From contig OX597814.1 in assembly GCA_951406725.2 (NCBI GenBank), forward strand, positions 17,174,001 to 17,238,000: a stretch of DNA of 64,000 bases, given 5' to 3'. How positions within the stretch are numbered: the stretch's first letter is position 1; each line of letters opens with the position of its first letter. Below the pieces are notes generated by a model. That model saw only the letters and a list, made by a program, of their open reading frames with translations, made no database searches and was not told the DNA's origin. The position numbers and the translations under genes are program-made. This document shows positions 54,898-64,000 of this stretch, in pieces. Source of the DNA: Octopus vulgaris (lineage: Eukaryota).

Positions 54898-56049
54898 TAT
54901 TTCAGTTATCCTGGCAGTTGGAAAAACAGCTCCGATACTGATATCAAAGTAAAAAGAACAAGCTTGTGCAGCGTGTCCCTAGAAAACATGGAAGTCAAGA
55001 TTGTCAAGGAGAATAAAAATCAGACTGGTCCTTGTATGGGACCCACAGCATGGTAAATGCATGCATGGAGACGTCGTTTGACATTTATTAATAACTTGAA
55101 CGAGAAAACAGGATTGGATTCTATCCATGAACTGAGGGTGGCAATGTTGGCTCGAAATGTTTGACAAAATGGCTTCGTTTCCGAGGACCAGGTGGTATCC
55201 CGGTCAAAGTGAAAGCGAAATAAATTATTTCCATGTAATATTTACAACATAGTTTAGTGCTAGTATTAAGAACACTGCAATCAACATACTTCTGCATATC
55301 AAGTCACTTGTGAGATAATCGTTACTGTGAGATATTGCGTGTGTATGTATCTTTACCTATATATGTGTGTTTGTATGTGTGTGTCCGTGTATGTGTGTGT
55401 GTGTGTGTGTATGTGACAATTTATAAATACACATCTACATATACAAGCATAAATGTACATATGTACATATAGATATATAGGTTTAAGAATGTAAGCATAT
55501 ATGTATATCGTCTGTGTTCATGTGTATGTGTATGTAAAAGTATTTATATGCTTATATTTAGATATCTTTTATCTGTTTATATGTGCGAGTGAATGTGTGG
55601 GGTGTGGTGTGGTGTCTAGAGTAATTTCGTTTGCTATGAAATTGGAGCGATATCGGTAAAGCAACTTTTTCCCATATATAACTACATTTACTTAATATAT
55701 TCCCATCTTACTTTAAATAATTGGTTAATGATTATTGATAATGAAGACATTGCTGAATTATGATCATATCGATGCTATCGTTTGCGTTCAGTTATCACAC
55801 TGTGGGTTGTGAACAAGATATTGAAATATAACCAGAAAAATTGATTTAAATAGCGTAAGCGATAATTATTCTAGTTAACAATGCAATTTTAATAAGGATT
55901 AGATATATTCTAACATAGCTGATCTTAAACGTAATGTTTGCAATATCATCATTTCAATATCCTTTCCGAAATCTGTAATCAATGGTCAAATGTATATACA
56001 CCGTTTATAACCGTTGTATTTTATCGATCATTATTTTTGAAACGTGTTA

Positions 56050-56760
56050 GGCGGTGAACTAGCAGAATCGTTGGTACGTTGGGCAAAATGCTTAGCAGCA
56101 TTTCGTTTGTCTTTACAGTCTGAGTTCAAATTCCGTCGAGGTCGACTTTGCCATTTATCCCTTCTTTGTCAATAAAATAAGTACCAGCTGAACACTGGGG
56201 CCGAGCTAATCGACTTACTCCTCCCCTTAAGTTGCTGGTTTTGTGCCAAAATCTGAAATCATTAATTTGAAACGTGTAATATTACATCGAAATTCAAGCC
56301 GGTGATCCAGCAGTATCGTTAGTAAACCAAGCAAAACGCCGCTACGTTATAAACACAAAAGCCTCCTGGGTCGACTTCGCCTTTCGTCCTTTCGAGGTCG
56401 ATAAAATCAGTCGATAAAGTACCAGTTGAACACTGAGGTCGATGTAATCGACTTAACCCCCTCCCCAAGTTGCTGACCTCGTGCCAAAATTGAAACCAGT
56501 GTTAAATAGTATTTTAGAAATACAAAGGCGGCAAGTTGGCAGAAACGTTAGCACGCCGGACGAAATACATATAGGTATTTCGTCTGCCGCTACGTTCTGA
56601 GTTCAAATTCCGCCGAGGTCGACTTTGCCTTTCGTCCTTTCGGGGTCGATTAAATAAGTACCAGTTACGCACTGGAGTCGATATAATCGACTTAATCCGT
56701 TTGTCTGTCCTTGTTTGTCCCCTTTGTGTGTAGCCCCTTGTGGGTAGTAAAGAAATAAGC
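56050..56760 (+). mobile_element. three consecutive SINE family D copies of different ages
   Basis: Central domain at about 56140, 56370 and 56615. Confidence 0.88.
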
Positions 56761-56987
56761 ATTTTAGAAATATTGATTTCTAATATTTGCGCATTGTCTC
56801 ATATTTGGAAAGAAGGTATACGCGATTAAATTTATTCTGATAATTTAACGGTACCTTATTTTATCGAAAGCAGTACCACATAATGCATATTTTACTTCGA
56901 TTAGTTTTGTAAAGGATTATAATCAAATGCAGTAAGGTACTTTGTTCGGTGCTCTAACGTTCCTGTTTATACAGATCCTTTTGTACT

Positions 56988-57362
56988 GTGGAAGCACTCC
57001 GTCGGTTACGACGATGAGGGTTCCGGTTGATCCGAATCAACGGAACAGCCTCGCTCGTGAAATTAACGTGTAAGTGGCTGAGCACTCCACAGACACGTGT
57101 ACCCTTAACGTAGTTCTCGGGGATATTCAGCGTGACACAGAGAGTGACAAGGCCGGCCCTTTGAAATACAGGTACAACAGAAACAGGAAGTAAGAGTGAG
57201 AGAAAGTTGTGGTGAAAGAGTACAGCAGGGATCACCACTATCCCCTGCCGGAGCCTCGTGGAGCTTTTTAGGTGTTTTCGCTCAATAAACACTCACAACG
57301 CCCGGTCTGGGAATCGAAACCGCGAGTCCGCTGCCCTAACCAGTGGGCCATTGCGCCTCCAC
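56988..57362 (-). mobile_element. SINE (head A, tail 1) with 11-bp TSD
   Basis: TSD ccttttgtact at 56977-56987 and 57363-57373. Confidence 0.95.
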
Positions 57363-58119
57363 CCTTTTGTACTAAGAAAATATTGGACAATATATCAACT
57401 GGTATGTGAACAGCAAGGAATATATTCTTTTTCATATGCCTCTCAATTGTTCTCGGGATTGATAACCGTAACCTACTTTAGCGAAGTTAAGAAGTGAGTT
57501 CTTAAACTTCCGCTATATCTACAAATAGTAGTCAAACTTCGCTGAAAACGCCTTAAAATTTTAAATAATTAAAATTCCATCGATACACATTTTAGTCGTT
57601 GATAATCTAGCCTTGATCATGCTGAAGCGCTTATGGTCATATGTTTAATCAATCATCACTGACCTGGAGCTCAACAACATCAACAATGAATGGACTAAAG
57701 CCACTGTAAATTCTTGCGACTAAAACCTCTTCGATAGATGCATTTTCTACTTCGCAGTTAAAGAGTGGGAATTTTGTACGAAAAATGGCATCTTGTTCGA
57801 TCAATATATTGTAGTAAATGTAATTCGATCAATATACTGAAGTAAATGTAATTCGTAGCAAAAATTGCAGTTGTGAAACTATTGAGAATAATTTTTTAAA
57901 GATAAACTCAGATTTGCAAATTTTTAGCAGTTTGTATATGGTGCGCCAGCATGGCCGCGGCCTTCGGGCTAAAACATTTTTAAGGATTTAAGGAATGAAA
58001 TTTATCACAGCTCACAACGCTGCTTATATTTATAACTATCTGTAAATATAATAATCCCTCATTCAGGACTCGATGGGATTTCAACACAAATCATAAAGAG
58101 ATATTACGAAATTTCGGTT

Positions 58120-58326
58120 TTAAATTTTTTCACAAGGCCAACAATTTCGAGAAAGAAAGTTTAGTCAATTACATCAACCCCAGTCCTCAACTGGTTCTTA
58201 TGTTAACGATCCCGAAAGGATGAAAGGCAAAATCGACCTCGGCGGAATTTCAACTCAGAACGTAAAAATGGATGAAATACTGTTATGAAGTTTTCTCAGT
58301 GTGGTAACGATTCTGCCAGCTCGCCA
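58120..58326 (-). mobile_element. SINE family D
   Basis: cccgaaaggatgaaaggcaaaatcgacctcggcggaattt...ctgccagctcgcc. Confidence 0.85.
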
Positions 58327-58519
58327 GTTTTGGATAATACGAACTTTTGAAAAACTTCTTACAAAAGTCTTTTAATATTATGGTAATTCATAAATAACAG
58401 CAATTAAGCGTGGGAAATGCTGTTCAGATAGATGGAAATGTATCACGTATGGTGTAAGTTTGTGAAGGATTATTTAGAAATAACTGAAGAGACGTTGCGT
58501 TCGTAGTAATCTTGAGGTT

Positions 58520-58705
58520 ACTCTTTTACTCTTTTACTTGTTTCAGTCATTTGACTGCGGCCATGCTGGAACACTACCTTTAGTCGAGCAAATTGACCCC
58601 AGGACTTATTCGTTGTAAGCCTAGTACTTATTCTATACGTCTCTTTCGCCGAACCGCTAAGTTACGGGGACGTAAACACCGGCATCGGTTGTCAAAACAC
58701 ACAAA
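58520..58705 (-). mobile_element. SINE family C, 3' half
   Basis: Tail matches the other copies. Confidence 0.88.
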
Positions 58706-58716
58706 CATATGCACAC

Positions 58717-58777
<61 letters not shown>

Positions 58778-58794
58778 CATATATATATATATAC

Positions 58795-58859
<65 letters not shown>

Positions 58860-58861
<2 letters not shown>

Positions 58862-61460
58862 ATCACACACACTTACAGACACACATGCACACACTAACAT
58901 ACAAACCAACATGCACATACACACACACATACATACATACACACACGCATACATACTTACACACACACACACACACACAGACATACATACACACATACAC
59001 ACACACATACATACGCACATACATACACACACACTCACACACACACACCGCACGTACATACTTCACACACACACACATGCACACATACATGTAGGCACAT
59101 ACATACATACATACCCACACATGCACACCCGTACACTGAATGCACACACACATACACCTTTTTGCATCCAGGCAGCCCCCCCTCTTTTCTGCTTTCCGGT
59201 TTTGGCTGATGGATCCTCGGTTCCCGCGTAGCGTGGCGTTCGAGGGCCTTTGCGCTCGCGCGCCTTGGCGCGCGCTGGGGGCTCGGTCGGCCCCTTTGGG
59301 CTTGCGTTGTACTGCTTGTGCGTGGTGTGCGTGAGCGCGCTTCGTGTGTGTGGGCTTGCTTCGGATGTGCGCATGCGTATGTATGCATACATACCCACAC
59401 ACTCGCATGCATCCCTACCCACATACATACACGCACACCTACTCACACACACACATACACACACACACACACATACCCGCACACACACACACACATACAT
59501 ACATACACACACATACCCACTTCAGACATACACACACACAGACATACACCCATACACTCACACTCACACGCATACACACACACACATACACACGCACACG
59601 TACACATACACACACACACACCTACCTACATACATCACACTTGTATACACACACACTTACATTCATACACACACACACCTACACAGCCATACCCTCACTC
59701 AGACACACACATCTACCTACACACACACACAAACACACACTGACACACACCCATACATACATACATCTACACACTCACGCCTACACACATACATACACAC
59801 ATACATAAACACACACACATACACATACACACACATACGCACACACGCATATACTTATACACATGCACACACACACACACATACATACATACACCAATAT
59901 ACATACACACACACATACCTACATACTCCTATACGCACATACATACACACATACACACTCACACAAACATACACACACACATACTTACACACACACTCAC
60001 CTGCACGCGCACACACATGCATGACAAACACCCATACACTCACACTCACATACGCACACACCAACATAAACACGCACACGCACACACACACCTACACTCC
60101 CACATACATACACACGCACCTACATACACACACGCACGCATACACACGCATACACACATACATTACACACGTACACACACACCTACATACACATGCATAC
60201 ACACACACACACAAACATGCACGGACACACCCAGACATACATACATACACCTATATACACACGCCCACATACCTACATACACACACATATACACACGCCC
60301 ACACAGCTACATACACACACATACATACACACACATACACGGACACACCCATACATACTTACATACATACACCTATACACACACGCCTACACACCTACAC
60401 ACACACATGCATACACACACACACATGTACGCACATACACACACATATACGCACATACATATATACCCACACACATGCACACACACATACGCACATGCAT
60501 GCATGCATGCACACGCGCACACCTACACGCATACACACACACACACGCACGTACACATACATACATACACACACGCATACATACACCCATACACATACAT
60601 GCATCCTACACACACATACATACACACTCACACATACATACACACACACACACTCACTCACACACCTGTATGTTCGCGCACACACATGCACATACACACA
60701 CTTCCCCACACCCACACGTACATACATACACACTCATACACATACACACACACACACACACACAGACATACATCTATGCACACACATATATACACACATA
60801 CTCACATACATTCATCGGACACACTGCCACCCAGACATACACACAGACACACTCACACATCCACACACACACATACTTACGCGCACACTCGCAGGCGCGC
60901 GCACACACGTGCTTGCGCAGGTTCGCGCACGCATACGCGCCGCATGCACCTCGCCCTTGGACCCGACGAGACCTCCTGCCCGTTCCTGGGATCGTCGCTT
61001 GTCGTTGGGTTTTCCCACGCCCGTCTCCGCGGGACCACTCTTCCATCTTCCCCTCAGCTGGAGTCCTTTTCCTTAACCCCACCCTTTTTCGTTACACACA
61101 CGCGCACACATATACACACATTGCTTAAATATATACATTACTCTTACACACATTCAATCTACTCGCCATTAATACTACCACGACACTGGACACACACACA
61201 CACTACTACTCAACACACGCTGGCACGCTACATACGCCCCCACCCCTTCCCCTCCCTCCCTTCCTCCTTCCTTCCTTTTCTTACTACTGACCTTTGTCTG
61301 CTATGCTGCTGCTATGCTGACCACCGTCTCGCCCTACCTCACACGCCTACACACAGACGCACACACTAACACATACATATATTTTTTGTTTTTTTTATCT
61401 CGCCTCACACACACACATACACACACGCACACGCACACACTCACACATACACACACATCT
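58860..61460. repeat. about 2.6-kb degenerate (CA/CATA)-rich simple-sequence region with GC-rich islets
   Basis: Aperiodic CA/TA/CG mosaic; source of the spurious 608-aa and 450-aa His/Thr ORFs. Confidence 0.9.
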
Positions 61461-61630
61461 GTTGCGTTACCAACCTTGTCTCCACTCTTTTGCCTTTAAA
61501 AACCCACTTTGCTCTTGTTATCGTAAACATCCGCCTTTCACCATGTGTAACTCCTAAACACCAGTCGTTTTTTTTTCTCTATCCCCGTGCCCGCTCTGGG
61601 ATCTTTCTTTCCTCTCTCTTCCTTCTTTAT

Positions 61631-61665
61631 GTTTCCGACGAAGAGCTCCGCTCGAAACGTCATAC
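61631..61665 (+). ncRNA. minimal Penelope-type hammerhead variant within a terminal repeat (about 61460-61756)
   Basis: GTTT-CCGACGA-a-GAGC-tcc-GCTC-GAAA-CGTC^ATAC. U4 is C and stem I has one mismatch. Confidence 0.55.
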
Positions 61666-61752
61666 CTCCCTGCTTCCATTTCCTGAGCGCCTATTAATAA
61701 TAATACTGTAATTGTTCCATTGTTGTTGTTTTTTTGTTTCCCGTTTGGATTA

Positions 61753-61784
<32 letters not shown>

Positions 61785-61949
61785 CGACGAGCTTCTTTCA
61801 TTTTCCGTCCACAAAATCCACTCACAAGGCTTTGGTCGCCCCGAGGCTATGGTAGAAGACACTTGCCCAAGGTGCCACGCAATGGGAATGAATCCGGAAC
61901 CATGTAGTTTGAAAGCATGCTACTTACCACACAGCCACTCCTACGCCTA
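61785..61949 (-). mobile_element. SINE family C, 5' half
   Basis: acttaccacacagccactcctacgcc head on the minus strand. Confidence 0.88.
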
Positions 61950-62499
61950 TAAAAATACTGGTAAAAATAGTAATAATCTTTATCAGTATTGCATTTTATT
62001 TCCTTTTCAGATCTTGCCATGAAATAGTTTTGAATAACGTTTATCAAGAATTAAATAAATGAATAAATAAACTTTTTAACTGGAAAAACTGAAGGTTTTA
62101 AAGGAAGCTTATATGTTGGCAAGTAGTCGAAAGATTAAAGTTGCATCTTGGGGAGGAAGCTGAACGATGAAGTGAAGCTCAGACATTTGACAACTTTATG
62201 ATTAAATCCATTGTTATATTTAGATCTAATAAATTAAGTATTCTTTCTAACCCTAACCAATTCTTGGCCGTTCACATTCCTAGAAATATGCTGTTATCCG
62301 ATATATGACACTGTATAGAAATAAATCTTGGTTATGCAAATATCAAGAATGCAAATATAGAAATCAATAATTTCACAAATATCAGTGACATCATAATTAT
62401 ACAAAGAAATACCAAACTATTCCTCCAATAACTAGATTCAAAAAGAGTTCTTCTTGCATGACTGTTAGTTTTACTATTACATTTACTGACAAATGGCTG

Positions 62500-62710
62500 T
62501 CATTTGGCAGAATTGTTAACATGCCAAGCAAAAAAAAAAAAAATCTTAGCGACATTTCGTCCGTCTTCAAGTTTTGAGTTCAAATTCCACAGAGGTCGAC
62601 TTCACATTTCATCCTTTCGTTGTCGAGAAAATAGGGGTCATTTGAGCACTGAGGCCTATGTAATTGACTTAGACTCTTTCCTGAACTTGCTGGGTTTGTT
62701 CCAGAATTTG
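62500..62710 (+). mobile_element. degenerate SINE family D
   Basis: tgagttcaaattccacagaggtcgacttcacatttcatcctttcg. Confidence 0.75.
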
Positions 62711-63369
62711 ATTACAGTAACATTTTTACGAAAAACTATACTTGTCTAAGTACAACGGATTTCATTATGGTGAGATAGAACTCAACTATGTCAAATTGTG
62801 TAAACATGCAATGACGACTATTATTCATACAATTAAACTAATTTATCATAGATGTTCTCTCATTCTATAAATCTTGCTTGATTTTATGGATAATTAAATC
62901 TAAAAAATGTTTTTTTATTAGTTGTGCTCAACTTTTTCTGATTCAGTTTTATCAAAAATTATCTTTCTGATCTTCACTTGTGATATAAGGTGTTTGCAAA
63001 ACGAAATAATCTTTTATATGTTTCATTCTATTTTCATAAAAATAGCTATTTATTTATCTTTATTATTACTTGGATATTGTTTTGCATTATATTTTACATA
63101 TTATTTTAGATTTTTACTCTTAGATTCAGAAACACAGTAAAAATAACAATAAGTTACCATCCATTTCGTGTCAGTATTTGTATGTATTTTTTTACATTAT
63201 TTTATCTGATGAAAAATGAATGTCCATATTTAATGTCATGTGTGAGTGAATGTTTGTTCCAGATTGCATTCGCACAAAAGCGATTTTTACTTTCTTGCAA
63301 CAATAAAAGTGCTTGGGTGTCTGCCTGCAATGGATGTGTAGGATGTCTGTTTCTTACTCTCTCTCTTTC

Positions 63370-63401
<32 letters not shown>

Positions 63402-63503
63402 CCTCTCTCTCTCTCCCTTACACTCTCACTTTCATTTTTCCACTTTATATACAGATGCACACAAAGACCCCACACACGCATATACATACATACATACATA
63501 CAT

Positions 63504-63589
<86 letters not shown>

Positions 63590-63890
63590 TAGATAGTACC
63601 AGTTTCGTTAGAAAGAGGAGGCAAAAGCGACTCAAATAGCCTCAAGCACTGAAAGTTAACAAGCTGACAAAATCAGGGGAGTGAGAGAAAATAGCCAACA
63701 TACCAAAGCGAATGACAATCGCAGATGAAATTGAAGATATTATGGTGGCTAATTGAGTCGATTTTGACTCCTATTTCTAGCGAAACTGGTGCTATCTACT
63801 ACCACTGTTTATATATTTGCTTTTTATATTTTGTGTTTTGCTAACTAGCCACTTTTATTATTATTATTATTATTAAAATTATTATTGTTA

Positions 63891-64000
63891 TTGAGTGAGA
63901 GAGAGCAGTGAATGCCATCAAAGTGACACTGGGGTAAAATATACGAAGCCCAGTATACCCATCATGACTACCCGCCTGATAAGGGTACACTAGGCACATG
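63891..64000. mobile_element. start of an interspersed repeat abutting (TTA)n, runs off the window
   Basis: Complex sequence starting right after a TTA tract; resembles an octopus repeat I recall, not verified. Confidence 0.35.

Larger units (their letters stand above)
53915..55130 (+). mobile_element. RTE-like LINE RT relic interrupted by two SINEs
   Basis: IVLDDVIRQA, TDFHFVDDIELI (compare DLDFADDIALL), QAQELLNGVE, VEYFRYPGSW and WKSRLSRRIKIRL once the SINEs are removed. Confidence 0.75.

Noticed and set aside
59250-61369. 608-aa, 450-aa and 311-aa His/Thr/Tyr-rich ORFs
   Set aside because: Several overlapping frames are open only because CA-rich sequence lacks stop codons; no domain is recognisable.

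Overview
AT-rich eukaryotic genomic DNA, intronic or intergenic in character. The SINE families and microsatellite load look like a coleoid cephalopod, most likely Octopus; this is my inference and was not checked by search. I found no supportable host protein-coding exon, and nearly all ORF-track calls are translations of (TA)n, (CA)n, (AAT)n or (AAG)n tracts or of SINEs. The window is a collection of mobile-element relics. (1) Five R4/Dong-like non-LTR fragments (RT plus restriction-like endonuclease) in the first 8.4 kb, each abutting AAT-type trinucleotide tracts. (2) CR1-group and RTE-like RT relics. (3) A Penelope-like element with Naiad-type signatures. (4) Tc1, two mariners and pogo/Tigger relics. 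(5) A non-autonomous Helitron. (6) A GC-rich solo LTR with a 5-bp TSD. (7) More than 30 tRNA-derived SINE copies with mixed heads and tails. The most notable unannotated signal is a set of type I hammerhead ribozyme motifs from at least five short repeat families. One family forms a back-to-back inverted pair at about 10.75-11.26 kb, with one canonical arm (CUGAUGA/GAAA/GUC) and one arm mutated at G12.
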